Shown: positions 26,969-42,529, counted from the first letter of the stretch. The stretch: 61,950 nt of DNA from Bigelowiella natans CCMP2755 (GCA_000320545.1 ADNK01002141.1:1-61950), one strand, 5' to 3'. Translations and numbers: made by a program. The notes: generated from the letters alone by a model not told the origin.

Positions 26969-27996
26969 TTATATCATTAGCTTATACTTGTACTAATCGT
27001 ATTATTACTACCGTGTCCATCTAAATCTTTTGAGGTGTATGCATAAAGTGTTTGGTAGGTTCATAAATCTCATTTGCTTGGTTGCCTGATGAGATTGTGA
27101 TGATCACCATTGATTTATTCATTCATTAATGAATAGGAGCAAATACAATGGAAGAAGAAGAAGAAGAAGAAGAAGAAGAAGAAGAAGAAGAAGGCTCTCA
27201 AACTCGCAGAGATGATGATGATGATGATGATGATGGATAATAAGATATAATACACTGTGGATTGTTATGTTGCATTGAGCATTTATACATCATCTACCCA
27301 CAGGCACAATAAGTATAGTTATTATTATTATTATTATTATTGTTGTTGTTGTTGGTATATGTTGTTATGATTATCTTAACAATTGGTTTGCCTCACATTA
27401 ATATCAAACAAACAAAAGCAATTCTTCGCAATACGAAGAAACATAGTACTATATCTCACGCAACAACAACATTAGACTTTCTTGTAAAATATGGATACAC
27501 AAATATTAAATCCCACCAACAATCCTAATAACATACATACATACACTACATACATTACATACACAGTGTAAGGATGGGAATAGGAGGATGTTACTCACCG
27601 AGCATGTGCATCCACACTTTGGACAATGAAACACATTTCCTAGTCTGATGATGATGATGATGATGATGATGATACACATAACATATAATAAAGGAGGAGA
27701 TTGCATCATTTGTTAATTTTAGCTACCACTAACACATCCAATGATAAGTAAAACAAGGAGGTGGTAGTAGTAGTAATAATAATAATAATAATAATAATAA
27801 TATAGCACAGCACTGACGATGATGCAATGATCTAGTTAGTGATACTGGGATACTTGCCAATATCACATCGATATTTATTATTATTTGTCATTATCATTAT
27901 TATTGTTACTACTACTATTATATGTGTGCACTATTTCCACGTAAGGACGACGCTAATCCGCCATATGCAGGTGAAGTACACACAAGGCAGCAGTAG

Positions 27997-28030
<34 letters not shown>

Positions 28031-28114
28031 GTCATGCGGTGCTACCTTTCTGAAGAACAAAACTTTTTCAGACATTTTTCCAGTGTAAGCACCGGGGTAA
28101 TCTAGTAAACAACG

Positions 28115-28149
<35 letters not shown>

Positions 28150-28387
28150 GCAGTAATTTGATTTGTGCCTTGACAACATCGGCAGGGGGGTAATATATGT
28201 AAAACAACAACAACAACAACACGCATTACATTGTTGCATATCTACATACATACTACTTACATACTGTGGTATATGTGTATCTTTGATTTTCAGGCATTGG
28301 ATGTCGTCGTAAGAATTCTTCCAGCCTAACAAAAACAAAGGGAGGGGGAGAGGGAGATTATATAAGTATGAGAAGTTATACACATAA

Positions 28388-28420
<33 letters not shown>

Positions 28421-28497
28421 GGTCACTAGTTGTATCATCGAGATCAATATGGTTCATATTTATTTGTATCTTGATCATCTTCTTCTTCCGCCAATTA

Positions 28498-28539
<42 letters not shown>

Positions 28540-28796
28540 CCATGACGCACGATTGATAATTAGTTTATTTAGTTGTCGTTCAAATACTTGACAGTTATAA
28601 TCAAGTACTACATACAACCTAGCATTTGCTACAAACTACAACAACAACAACTACTACTACTACTCCAACACAATCTTTGTAAGGGTGGTAGTAGTAGTAA
28701 CATCTCCAAAAATAGCACGCACTCACCATCATCATCATTATCATCATCATCATCATCATCATAACGACTATTATTAACGTATTATATTGAAATACA

Positions 28797-28837
<41 letters not shown>

Positions 28838-29811
28838 ATATTCATACATTCTCCCCTCATCTATCTTTTCCTCTCCTCCTCCTCACCATAATTTCTTTTT
28901 AGTGGAGAGAATCCTCCTCTTCTTCCTTGTAATTTTGTGTTGCTTAGGATGATGATGATGATGATGATTGTTCATCATTTTGAGGCCGTCCTTCTCCTCC
29001 TCATTGCTGTTGTTGTCTTCTTCTTCTTCTCCTCCTTCTTCTTCTTCTTCGCCACTATTCTCGTGGTCGTCATTAAAGATCTCCATCTTTATTTTGTCCT
29101 GACGTATGTTCTTGTTCTTCTTCTTCTTTTTCTTGTTCTTTTTCTTGTTCTTCCTTCCTCTTTTTCCTTGCTCCTCCTCTATCATATCATCATCTTCTTC
29201 TTCTTCTTTTTCCTCCTCCTATTGGCAATAATAACTAGTTTTGCTTCTTGCTTTTTTACTTCACTACAGAATTTGATGGATGAGAACTATTACAGTGGTG
29301 GTGGTGGTGGTGCTGCTGCTGCTGCAGATGATGATGATGATCATAGTATGCTGCTTTGTGTTTGTAATGAGTGGTTGGTAGATTAGATCAATGTTTCTCT
29401 CCTCCTCCTCCTCCTCCTCTTCCTCTCCCTCCTTGGGCAGCATCATCAACATCATTAGTATCAAGCACACACACCCCCTCCATAGACAAACTGATTAATT
29501 GATTCTGCCATCAACTTGGCTCTTATTAATGTTTCATGAAATTCTTATTGTGTTGCTTCTTCCTCCTTCTTTCATAATCACCAGTAAATCTTGCTCCTAC
29601 TTACTTACTTACTACCGTTTTTGTTCCTCTTGCAGTAGTTTTAACAACTACTTGCGCACTATTTGGATAATGATGACGATTTACTAAGATTTGAAGCAAA
29701 ATAACAGCAGCAGCAGCAGCAGCAGCAGCAACGTCAATGATAACGATATGCTGAATGAATATGACCATGAGATGGTGAGAAAGAAAGCTGTTGTGTGGTT
29801 ATTAGAGACAG

Positions 29812-29846
<35 letters not shown>

Positions 29847-29973
29847 GTAACAATGATGAGGAGATAAGAGATAGTGATGGTAGTAGTAGTAGCATTAGAA
29901 GTAGTAGTACAAGTAGCAGTAGTAATTGTTGTAGTACACCAATTTAGCAGCAGCAGTGTTCTCCTATCTCATG

Positions 29974-30006
<33 letters not shown>

Positions 30007-30022
30007 GAAAACAGCGTCCTGT

Positions 30023-30066
<44 letters not shown>

Positions 30067-30314
30067 TATGTGTGTGTGTGTGTGTGTGTAGGACATCAAT
30101 AACAACCCTTTTTTGTAAGAAGATCCTCCTCCTCCTCCTCATCATCATCATCATCATTATCATATAGCAGCTTCTTCGGTCTTTTCACAATTCTACCAGA
30201 TCGAGTACTAATCAATACAGCATCATCATTTTATGATTACTGTTATCATTATTATTCATTGTCATTATTTACATGTGCTGAATACTCTACCTGATTCACA
30301 CGATCAATGACACA

Positions 30315-30356
<42 letters not shown>

Positions 30357-31662
30357 ACCACCACCATAAATGTTATCAATATTAATAATAGCACCTTTTG
30401 GGGGGATGACTGACTGGATGGATCATCGATGATGATAATGACGATGATAATGATGATGATTTCCCTACTACTTGCAGCAGCAGCAGCAGTAGTAACACAA
30501 CAACGAAGAAGAAGAAGAAGAAGAAGAGGCAAGAGTAGTATTTGTAGCAATGGGAGAAGAATGTGTGTTTCTTCTGTTAGTAGAGTAGGAAAGAGAATAA
30601 TGAGGTTAGTATAATAGTAAAGTAGTGGAAGTAGTCGCCTTAGTAGTAGCAGCATTAGTATCAGTGTGTCGTGTGGAAGTAGTAGTCTCAGTAGGAGCAA
30701 AAGTATCAGTGTGTGGTGTGTTAGAGGTACTACTACTACTAATAATAATAATAGTAATACAAATATAATAATACCTTGCTGCTGCTGCTGTGCTGGTAGT
30801 ATTGATGCTGTTGATGAGGAGGAGTAGTAGTAGTAGTAGTCTGGTTCTCCTCCTCCTCCTCCTCCTCCTCCTTTATTAGTGCCACCAAAATGATGATAAT
30901 GCTCATCATCATCATCATTATCATCATCATCCTGCTGGTGTAGTACTACTGGACTTCCAGTTATTGGATTTATCAGTTGTTGTTGTTGTTGTTGTTGGTG
31001 AAGGACATGTTTTCTCCTTGTGTCTTCTTGTTCTTGTTCTTCTCTTTCCCACTCCTCTTTCTCCTCAATAAGTATACTGCTGCCTCTGGTCCCACAATTA
31101 TGATCGTTATTATTATCTTTCTCTTCCCTCTTCTCTTCCTCCTCCTCCTCTTTTTTCGCCTCTCTTTCTATGCCAATTTGCTTGACTCCGTGCTTACTTA
31201 AAGCACAACTACTACTACTACTACTACTACTATTGTTACATTGATGACCGGATTTATCACAATTTTTAGTCTTCTCATCTTCATCATCTTTTCTCCCCGC
31301 CCCAACACAATGATAAGCTTGTTGTGTTGTCACCAGCTTCTCACCATTATCATCATCATTTTTGCCTTTTTCTTCTTCTTCCCCATCGATGATGTAGTTG
31401 TTGTAGTTATTATTATTATTACTACTATTATTATTATCGTAATGCTCAAGAAACGCTTCTTCCTCCTCAACGACCACTGTGTTCCTTCGCTTGTTATTAC
31501 AATGACTCTTTCTTCCAATTGGCTGTCCTCCTCCTTCTTCTTCCTCTTGGCAGTATTTACAATGGAATGACAATCCCGCTATTATCAATTATTATTATTC
31601 ATCACTACCATCAATATCATTATCATGGTAATTATCAATCAAGATGACTAAGTAGAAACACA

Positions 31663-31714
<52 letters not shown>

Positions 31715-31839
31715 TAACACACAACACAACAAGACACAAGTCGCAACACACACATAATACCAGCTTCTGTTTCAGACTCAAAGCCTACGCATCGTCCATG
31801 AAACCACCTCTCACAACTAAAATAACATGAATTGAATAT

Positions 31840-31879
<40 letters not shown>

Positions 31880-32161
31880 CACAACAAAAGCCAACATCAT
31901 CATCGTGGTGATCATTAAACTGCATATTATTTAAGAACAAGATAAAAAGTGGGAGAAGCAGAAGTAAAACATTAGTTCCCATCTCCTCCTCTACTGTAGT
32001 GTAGATTCTTTCCATTACATGTGGTAATACTTGTTTATATTCAGACATGAAGAAGTAAATATTGTTGGTGCTATTATGATCATCATCGTTATTTACTAGA
32101 AATTACAGTTATTGTTATTTATTGTTGTTGTTATTGTTTTCGCATCATATATGTATATATA

Positions 32162-32197
<36 letters not shown>

Positions 32198-34345
32198 GCC
32201 GCTAGAAGCAGCAGCACCAACCTCTCACATTGTACAAAGAAACCATGCTTTTGAGAGGAGTCATTCCTGATAATAATGATGATAATAATAAAATAGCTAC
32301 AGTAATATGATAAAGGGGAAAGGTACCAATCAGGATGATCCCAATCAGGTTCTTTGATCTTGCAGTAGCAAAAGTCTTTCTTAGTCTTCTTCAGTGTAAC
32401 AATGCTACTACCATCATCCAAAGGCACGGTAACCGAGACATCCTTTTCAATAACACATAACACATTATAAACACATCCTTTTCAATAACACATAACACAT
32501 TATAAACACATCCTTTTCGATATCACATAACACATTATAAATTATCATAGTAGCTCAATTCATATGAATCCTACAACAAATAAGCAGAGCAGTAGCAGCA
32601 GCAGCAGCAGCAAATGATGAATGGTATATCTTGAATGGATGATGATCAGTGGTAGGCAGGTAGGTAGGGAGATAGGTAGGCAGGTACTACTACTGCTACT
32701 ATTCACCCACCCAAAAACGCTCTTGCTTGTTTATGCGAAAATGGCATGAGTCGCACTCAACTTCAGACAGAAAATGCCTAATAAAGGGAATAATAATGTC
32801 AATAATAAATGACAAACTACGAGTTTTATTCCAGTACTCGATTCAAAATACAACGATGTGACATTTTTAAGAGAGTAGTATTGGTGTACGATTACCATCA
32901 CCCAGAATTCATAATATATTTCTTAGAATAACTCCCAAGCATAGAGGATGAAGAATATGCTATTATTATCATTATTATTTATTGTTATTATTTCAAATTC
33001 ATCATCATCATCGTCATCATCAAAGAAACAAACAGTAGCACTTTTATCACTATTACTGCTACTGCTACTTGTACTATTACAACAACAACATACACACGTA
33101 TAGATGATGATCCACAATTTATGAACTGATGCTATAACACGACTTATTACTATTCTCACCCTTGGAATGTGTGCTCGACAATTGTCGTCCTTTTACAGTG
33201 ATTCTTCTTCTTCTTTTCCTCCACATCCTCCACATCCTCCCCCTCCCCCTCCCCCTCCTTGTTTTTCTTCTTCACACTACTAGTACTTCCGATGATAATT
33301 TTCTTCTTCTGATAATACTGTTGTTGTAAAGAAGAACTTGGTCGTTGTTGTTGTTGTTGTTGTTCTTTTCCCTTATGCTGCTGCTGCTGTACTTGACAGC
33401 ATAGAACATGATCATGTACTACTACTTTATCATCATTCTTGCAAACTCCTTCTGCTATACCCTCCCCCATCTCCTCCTTCTTATTTTCCTCAATTTTTGG
33501 GCCATTAATATTATTATTCTTTGTGAGAATCTTGTTCTTATAGGAGGGAATGGAATTGTTGGTTGGTTGTTCCTTATCATCACGCATCAGCAGCAGCTCA
33601 TAATGCAACCGATCTAGAAGCAAATGAAGGCATTCTTGTGCATCCTGAGTAACCAACCAAGTCAGGGGTGAGTAGTCAAAGGAAGAGGAGGAGGAGGAGG
33701 AGGAGGAGGAGGAGGAGGAGGATCATCACTCACTCCTCCTTAAATTGATAATAATGTAGTAGTAGTAGAAGAAGAAGAAGAAGTAGAAGAAGAAGCAACA
33801 CTGTTGTAGTCATCATCATCATCATCGTCATCATCATCATATTCTTGGTCTAGTAACCCATCAATTATCATCAACACCATTTGATCCCTCCTCCCCCTCC
33901 CTCCACTCTGGTGCAGTTATTACTTGCTGTGCGTATCCCCCAAACCTTGGGAAACAACTATATATAGGAAACAAGCTTCTTAAATCATTATGTCTGTAAT
34001 TATGAAAATGACCATCATGCATGATCAACATCATCATTATCATCATTATCATCATCATCATCACCATCATCATCACCACCACCATCACCAGGAAGAAAGG
34101 AATAGATAATAACAGGCGAATAAGTAGTTATGAGGTGATTTTGTTGTTTGTGTGATTGCATGTTTGGAGTTTGAACAAGTGACCTGCAGAATGCATAGTA
34201 GAGACTTGAAGGTTCTTTGAGGAGGAGGAGGAGGAGGAGGAGGAGGAGGAGGAGTCAATACAAATAGAAGAACAACATACGTGAGAAGATTTGTTCTTGC
34301 CTTTTCGAGGTAGGGAATAAACATGTGATGATATACATTATTACG

Positions 34346-34379
<34 letters not shown>

Positions 34380-34524
34380 AGAATAACGTGAGTGCATTAC
34401 TTTGAGGTCGTCTTTCACATGAAGAGGATTCCATAAGGCTGAAGAGCTCATAAAGCTCTCTCGACACAGATCTGCAAAAAGAACAAGAACAATTAGGGTT
34501 GCATCAGGAGAGAGGAGAGGAGGA

Positions 34525-34559
<35 letters not shown>

Positions 34560-35128
34560 GGAGGAGGAGATTTTGTTACAGCATCATAGATATGATTGTA
34601 TTATCAACAAGAGTTCTAACCGTTAGTAGTGATCATTTTCTCAGTTGATCAATATAATAGCTAAAAGTAATTATAAATGTCTTATGTATGTTACATACCC
34701 AGCAGCAGCAAAATGAACATGAAATAAGTCATGATTTTGGTACTAGTAGTAATGACATGATGATAATTGTCATGATTTTGGTACTAGTAGTAATGACATG
34801 ATGATAATTGATAGCCGCCTATTACTACTACTACTACTACTACTACTAATACTACTACTATAATCTCAATTCCAAGCCATTAGTCTATCGGTCATATTAC
34901 ATACATTGTTGTTAAATTTTGGTCATCTTCTTCTTTCCTACAAGAGACGACAGGAAATGCTGATGATGATATGGTATCATCTTCTACTACCAAACAAAGA
35001 AGCGAAGATAGAAGAGAAATAACGTCAACGGTAGTAGTTTGACACTATGCACATCATACAGTGAGTAGTGTGTTAATGCGATCAATATACGTCTGCTAGA
35101 AAAAGCATCAAAGTACCAGGAGTAGTAT

Positions 35129-35163
<35 letters not shown>

Positions 35164-35279
35164 CCTGCAACATCTTCGTTATCATCATCAGTAGCTTCTT
35201 CGTTGATTTTCTTCAGATTTATCAGCATTCTATTGAAATGTCGAACAGCCCTTTTGATTGTAGTAGTAGCAGCAGCAGT

Positions 35280-35322
<43 letters not shown>

Positions 35323-35914
35323 GGGGGGGGGGGTACTGATAAGGGCATTAAATATAGCTAAGTGAATATTTGGGATGACAATATCACATTTTAGTGATAA
35401 TATTGTCGTCGTTGATTCAATCAATCTATCAATCAATCAAATGGGAAGAAGATAGATATCATCGATTTTGTTATGCATGCAGTACTTAAGTGCTTGAATG
35501 ATGGAGTTAAAAAAGCATGTGTTTCCTAAATAAAGAAGAAAAATTAGAGAGTAACAGTGGTATCGATGATGTTGCAGGTATTATTTGCTGTAAGTCGATA
35601 GGATGGTATTGATTATAATGCAGATATTATTCGCTGTAAGCTGATAGCATGTAAAAAACCATCCATGGGTTCCTATGATGGGTAAGTAAATCAATACCCA
35701 CGTCTTCTACTCTAAACCATTGTCATTAAATTGAGGTTTGTGTTGCATGGCAAAATGGCTCTTTCGCTGTACGCAATGGCTTTCTCTACAATACAATCAT
35801 TTGTTGTTTTTTGTTGTTTTGAGTCGCCAAACCCATGTTAATAAGCCCAGGATGTAGATTTCCTGACAGAACTGTGAATCCTCCTCGTTTCTTCGACTTT
35901 GCCATCATAATCAT
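24641..35914 (-). CDS. Ubiquitin carboxyl-terminal hydrolase (USP, peptidase C19) with inserted PHD finger and long low-complexity insertions
   Basis: Cys box spliced GLINM|GNTCFFNSIIQAL; GGYAQQ|DAQECLHLLLDRLH; TFQG|HFLSEVECDSC; FHCPKC; LPNTLCIHLKRF; ISFP; His box YDLIAAVCHHG|SGHYT; WAHYNDS; PYMLFYQR. Start uncertain. Confidence 0.9.
32438..32541 (-). repeat. 35-bp x3 tandem repeat containing a 3' splice site of the USP gene
   Basis: Minus strand ...gaaaag|gatgt three times. Confidence 0.9.
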
Positions 35915-36266
35915 TTCAACATCATCATCATCATCATATCCGAAACAGGAAGAGTTTCTTCGATCCTACTGAACATAGTAGTTTGGAAAAGCAGCCAAGC
36001 GTTAAATAATTTGTTCATTTCGAGCTACATACACGTTGTGTGTCACTTGTCTGTGTGTGGAACCACATAGCTACCTACCTACCTACCTATGTTTTGGAGT
36101 AGTAGTAGTAGTAGTAGTAGTAGTAGAAGAAGAAGAAGAAGAAGAAGAAGCGTTTATCGTAGTCGCAACCCTAGCAGCATACCTTGGAGTATTATTTACG
36201 ATATGCATGGCGATCAATCAACAATTTGCCTATAGTCCTTTTCTCTTCTTCCCCTATTCTCCTTCG

Positions 36267-36324
<58 letters not shown>

Positions 36325-37138
36325 CTCCGCTTTTGCGTGTTTTTCATCTCTGATTAGTCTCGCAAAACAGGGAGCAGAGCAGTAGCAGTAGCAGTGGCAG
36401 TAGCAGGAGCAATAACAGTTTGTACCAGTGACTACGTGCAGCGAAGGATAGATAACTGATGCCTCCTTAATACGACTCAGTGTGTCTATTCACCTGCTAT
36501 CGACGGTTTATTCATCCGCAAATCCATAACCACGACGCGGTGATGATAACGATGAGTTGGGCATGTGCTTGGCATTTGAGTAATGAAAGAGGAGGAGACG
36601 ATGTAGAAGGAAGAGAACTATGAGAAAAGGATGATGATGATGAAGAAGAAGAAGAAGAAGTAGAAGGGAAGCATCCACCGCCACGTTTAGAGCATGATTA
36701 CATTTCCTAGTATCGTTTAGAGCATGATGTCCTAGCAGGAAAATGGAGGAGGCTCCTCATCCTCCTGCTCGTCGTCTTTCTTCTGGCTGAGATAATGTTG
36801 TTGTTGTTGTTGTTGTTAGATTAGAATATGACTATTACTACCTTTTTAGGATATATTCGGTATATTTAATTAACTTATCCACTTGCTTTGTGATATTATT
36901 GTATTTGATGTGATGGTTGGAAATGGATATGGTCTTCTTTTATGATGGTTATATCTCTTAATTATTTATTATCAAGATGCTGTGTGTGGACTTCCTACTT
37001 AACTATTTAGGAAAGTTAGTTGGTTATTCTGTTCGCATCCTTGACTTCCCAGCTATTTTTTTTCAGTTGGTGAGATCCTTATATCATAGTCTACATATTG
37101 GTAGTTTTCTGGTATAAAAACAGATAGAATGTTAGGTG

Positions 37139-37143
37139 ACACG

Positions 37144-37177
<34 letters not shown>

Positions 37178-38262
37178 CGACGACGACAAGACTGCTACGA
37201 GCTGCTAATGATGATGAGGAGGGGGAGGTGGAATCCATGGTGCTAGTAGTTGTACTAATACTAGTAGGAAGTAGAAGTAGTAGTAGTTGAGTTGTAGTTG
37301 TAGTAGTAGTAGTAGTTGTAGTAGTAGTAGTAGTTGTAGTAGAAGTAAGTATGTGTAGTAGTGGTAGCAAGTACACTGCTGCTGATGATGATGATGATGA
37401 TGAACGATGGTGCTCACCTACATAAACACTAACAAAAGTATGATGATTATGGTGCTCACCGACATAAACACAAACAAAGGTTCGACTAATTCGTGATGGA
37501 GGTCGAAACTCGCCCCTGACCTGATCGTGAGCTTTCCCCCTGAGCTTGCTGCACTCCTCTCTCTCTGGCTCATGATATGAATGGAGAAGGCGAGAACAGC
37601 GGCTAAGACTACACATTGAGCTCCACCACCTTCGGGTGATGAAAATTGGGATTGATCTTCTTGGGTTAGGCTTATTAATGATGAGCACATTATTATCATC
37701 ATCATCATCATCATCATCATATCCTGGTGGTGGTGGTGGTGCTGGTGCTGGTGCTGGTGCTGCTGTGGATGAGCATATGGAGCTGCTCTTCTCCAGACAA
37801 CACGAGTTATTATTACGTAAAAGAGAAAACAACAATGGTGGCGGTAGTCATCGTTTACCGAGTCGTCGAAGTTGGTCAGGTAGTAGTAGTAAACGATGGA
37901 TGTTAAATACTCTCTCTTGTTGGTCAGGTAGTAGTAGTAAACGATGGATGTTAAAATAGTCTCTCTTCTTTGTGCACGACGATCATCATCACCATCATCA
38001 TCATCATCATCCTGCTCAGTAACATCAACAAATTATTACTTGTAGCGCCACGACAGCCCAGTAGCAGCGACATACTATTAGCACCAGCATCACCACTATC
38101 AGGAGCAGTAGGTAGTAGTAGGTGTTTTTGTCCATCATAGAATAGTTATCTTTAGAAGATAGCCTTGATGGTAATAGCACACACAGAAGGACCAGCAGGT
38201 TTGCAACAGAAGTTGTGAATTGGGGGGGGGGGGGGGGTAGTTAGTCTCAAGCTTGGGTTGTG

Positions 38263-38298
<36 letters not shown>

Positions 38299-39094
38299 CA
38301 GCGTTTGGTTCTATATTCCGCCGCACAAGTAAGATTGAAGAGAGGAGGAGTTGCTGTATTTAACTGCTGGAAACAACGACGATGACGAAGACAATTGTGT
38401 TAGGACATACATCCATACATACATACATACATTAGGAGGTGGTAGCTGTGCTCGAGAGAGGATGAATAAGCTTGATAATAAAGAATGCTTTAAGTGCAAT
38501 AGAAGGTCTTATGTACTACTGCCATTAAGAAGAAGATGAAGAAGAAGAAGAAGAAGAAGAAGAAGAAGAGTAGTAGTCGTCCAAATTAAAGAATTTGTCA
38601 TCATCATCTTATTGTTATCATTGTCATTATTATTATTGAAGTTGGTTATTATTGTTGTTGTTGTTGTTGTTGTTGTTGTAAGGTTCCGAACTCCTTCGCT
38701 CCTGAGGAATCATATCCGCATTCATAACGGAGAGAAACCCTACCACTGCAGGTAAATTAATATAGTGATGATGATGATGATGATGACAATGATGGTGATG
38801 ATGGTGATTGAGAAAGGATACTACAACGTATAAATGAATACAAGTATATCATCTGTCTATTTTATAGTAGTAAAATTAAATATACTTTGTATTATTATCA
38901 CAGGGTATGTAATAGAAGCTTTTCTGAGAAAGGAAACATGGCCAAGCATTTTCAGGCTGTAAGATATATAGTGATAAGAAACACATGTACCCAACATATA
39001 TTATACAACATTATTTACTGACACTACTGCACATATTTATGTATTTATAACGTTGTTCGAATACATTGTCTTGTAAGGGGAAAGTCATATATTA

Positions 39095-39130
<36 letters not shown>

Positions 39131-39786
39131 TATATCCGAACTAGGTTCACAAGAATGCTCGTCCTTATGTATGCGCGACTTGTGATAGAAACTTCTCTCA
39201 GAAGCACCAGGTAATAATATTCTTTATTATATACGAAAATAAGATAACAGGGCATTATTTACAGAATATTCCAGCACAAAATACACACACACGCGATACG
39301 TGAGTAACACACATACATACATACATACATACATGTTGTATATCTAATTCAAATGATCATTTACTAGCACTTCTTGATTCGATTGTTGTTAAGGTTGAAA
39401 TATATAATGTTTTAATGATGATGACGATGATGATAATGACAATATACAGTTGATATCTCATCATGAAGCATTTCACGCAAAGAGGAGATTTGCATGTCTG
39501 ATATGTTCTCGCAATTGTACATCAAATAGACAGGTAGAACTATTTGTGCTATTTGTACTATTTGTACCAGTAGCAGTAGTAGTAGTAGTAGTAGTTGTAG
39601 TAGTATTAGTACTGGAGAAGGTGGTGGTATTGCTGGTGTGTCAGCTATTTATTGTTATTTGTTATTAACACATTCTTTTGTTTATTCTGGGACTTTACAT
39701 TTCATTTACAGCTGCGGTACTACTTACTTTGTGCAATGTGTCTCGTCTACAATCCATCTTCTTTCTTCTTCTTCTTCTTCTTACTC

Positions 39787-39820
<34 letters not shown>

Positions 39821-40499
39821 ACAGCTAAGATTACATGCAATGCGACATGGGCCTGATGCAACGCGTCTTCGGTGTAAGGTAGTTCAATAGTACCAGACTC
39901 TTTTCTTTCTTTTTATTTATCACCTTTCCCCTCATCATCATCATCATTTGTAGTAGCAGCAGTAGCAGCATGAAAATCCTCTTGTAACTGCTACCTGTGG
40001 AACACACACTCACGTACTTAACTCGCAAACATAGTTTTGAAATATATATATAGTGATTAGGTTTGTTTGTAGCTTAATAATATGTGGAATGAGGAGTTAT
40101 GACTTTTTGTGAATCGTAATGATCGCATATTCATACGACGACACTATATTTTTGGAAGAAGCAAGTATCTTATTTGCCTGCTGCATATTGCTCTGTTGCT
40201 TTAGAATTATATCTGTGAGCATTTTCCAGAATAATCATAATCGTCATCATAATCGTCATCATAATCGTCATCATCATCATCATCATAACTATCATCATAA
40301 CTATCATCATAACTATCATCATCATTAGGAATGCCTTCACGTGTTCTCGACGGCATGGTAATGATGATTTCATCCATGGAAAGGAGGAAGATACACACCA
40401 CAGTAGATAGATTATCATCACGTAGGAATACATGCGTGTTCTTGCTAATCATTACAAGCAAAACCGCCATCTAGTAATCATTGGGGTGGTAAATAACAC

Positions 40500-40540
<41 letters not shown>

Positions 40541-41321
40541 AATTATTTGTGTGTGTGTGTGTACTATGCTGTGGCTGTTGTTGCTGTTGTTGTTGTTGTG
40601 TGTGTGTACTATGCTGTGGCTGTTGTTGTTGTTGTTGTTGATGCTGTGGCTGTTGTTGCTGCTGTTGTTGTGTGTGTGTACTATGCTGTGGCTGTTGTTG
40701 TTGTTGTTGTTGTTGATGCTGTGGCTGTTGTTGCTGCTGTTGTTGTGTGTGTGTACTATGCTGTGGCTGTTGATGTTGTTGTGTGTGTACTATGCTGTGG
40801 CTGTTGTTGTTGTTGTTGTTGTTGATGCTGTGGCTGTTGTTGCTGCTGTTGTTGTGTGTGTGTACTATGCTGTGGCTGTTGTTGTTGTTGTTGTTGTTGA
40901 TGCTGTGGCTGTTGTTGCTGCTGTTGTTGTTGTTGTTGTTGTTTAAGGTATCTCAATAGAGTACACAAAAGGTACTACTATTTGAGTAGTTCTAGTATAT
41001 TGATATTACGAGAGAAGAAAAGAAAAAGAAGGATGAAAGGAAAGGGTGGTATAAATAGATAAGTTGTGCATTACATCTAAATAATGATAATAATAATAAT
41101 AATAAATAATTATAATAATAATAACAGCTGAAAATGTCATCAAGAGAGGAATAAAGAGAAATGAGATGATAAAGCCTTCTGTTGGACATTATAATGAATT
41201 ATATTGTTTTTTAACCACACAGGTATGGACTTTGTCGCGGCAGCGGCAGCAATGGGAGCAATGCCCCTTCGCTCTGTCCACATTGCAACAAGTCTTATGA
41301 TGATGAAAGGAGACTACGAAT

Positions 41322-41354
<33 letters not shown>

Positions 41355-41819
41355 ATAGAGTTGGTATTTTGCTTCTCATACATGCATCCTATTGTGGATG
41401 TAGTAGTAGTAGTAGTAGTAGTACTAGTAGTAGTACTAGTAGTAGTACTAGTAGTAGTACTAGTAGTAGTAGTAGAAAGTATACAACGAGCTGCTCACAA
41501 ATAAATAAATAAATAAATAATGGTGCTCGGTGATCGGTCGCTATGTTCGTCGCTCTCTGGATGATATGATATGATATGATATATAATATATGATATACGA
41601 TGTATGCAGACACATCAAGGCCTTTCACAGTGCCAGTAGCAGCAGGAAAGAAGAAGAAAATCATCAATTTATATTGACAAGGAAGCTCAATACGTCATCA
41701 TGCTCTCCATCTTCTTTTTCTTCTCGTGAAGAAGCACAAGCACCGTCATTGTCATCGGCATCAGATAATAAAGGTAGTAAAAATATACACATAGTATATG
41801 TACACACACACATATTCAT

Positions 41820-41889
<70 letters not shown>

Positions 41890-42382
41890 AACTTATCGAA
41901 TGATGGGGGTAATGAAGATCGACTACTTTTGATATTATTGATGTTAAAAGAACCAGATAAAGGAGGCGGTGGAGAAGAAGGAATGCGAAGGTAGAAACAA
42001 AGTAGGAATAGTAATGCAAATTTGAGATGTAAGTGAGTGCAGATTGAGGGAATTTTGAGTAAGAAACCTAGTTGTGATCTTATAATATCATTAGTAAGAT
42101 TAGTACGTTTTCACATGTATACGATCATCAAGATCGAACAATTATTTCAAATGAAGCGTTCTTCATTTCTCATGATATTCATTTCGTCATACATTTGTTG
42201 GGCATGATCTTGAGTAGTTTGGGACATTATTTACTCAATGAGATGAATTTCAATATTCAGTAGTTTGGGACTAAATTTATTCAATGAGATTATTGGATCA
42301 TCAAAGCAGTTGTCATCATACCGTCATCAAGCAAGTAACGTAACTATCAATCGCCATGGCCATTTCACTTCTCTACAAGAAG
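37139..42382 (+). CDS. Multi-C2H2 zinc-finger protein (likely transcription factor); ends approximate
   Basis: Spliced fingers ECFKCNRRFRTPSLLRNHIRIHNGEKPYHCRVCNRSFSEKGNMAKHFQAVH, PYVCATCDRNFSQKHQLISHHEAFH, FACLICSRNCTSNRQLRLHAMRH, LCPHCNK...HIKAFH (38434-41630); H-x-GEKPY linker. Confidence 0.85.
40547..40943 (+). repeat. Compound intronic minisatellite: (GT)n-ACTATGCTGTGGCT-(GTT)n units alternating with GATGCTGTGGCT-(GTT)n units
   Basis: About 10 copies of the ATGCTGTGGCTGTTG core with variable GTT/GT tails. Confidence 0.95.
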
Positions 42383-42529
42383 GTGATAGATAGATAGATG
42401 GTAATAATAAGATTTTATACTTTTCTCGGTATATAAACGATTAGTATAAGAAATGCTTTTGATTTCATCGAAATATTGTTAACAAGCCAAATTTGATATC
42501 TACAACAGACACAGTGTACATCATATATG

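Noticed and set aside
40547-40943. CRISPR-like repeat/spacer appearance
   Set aside because: The 'spacers' are microsatellite tails rather than unique sequences; intron of a eukaryotic gene; no cas genes.
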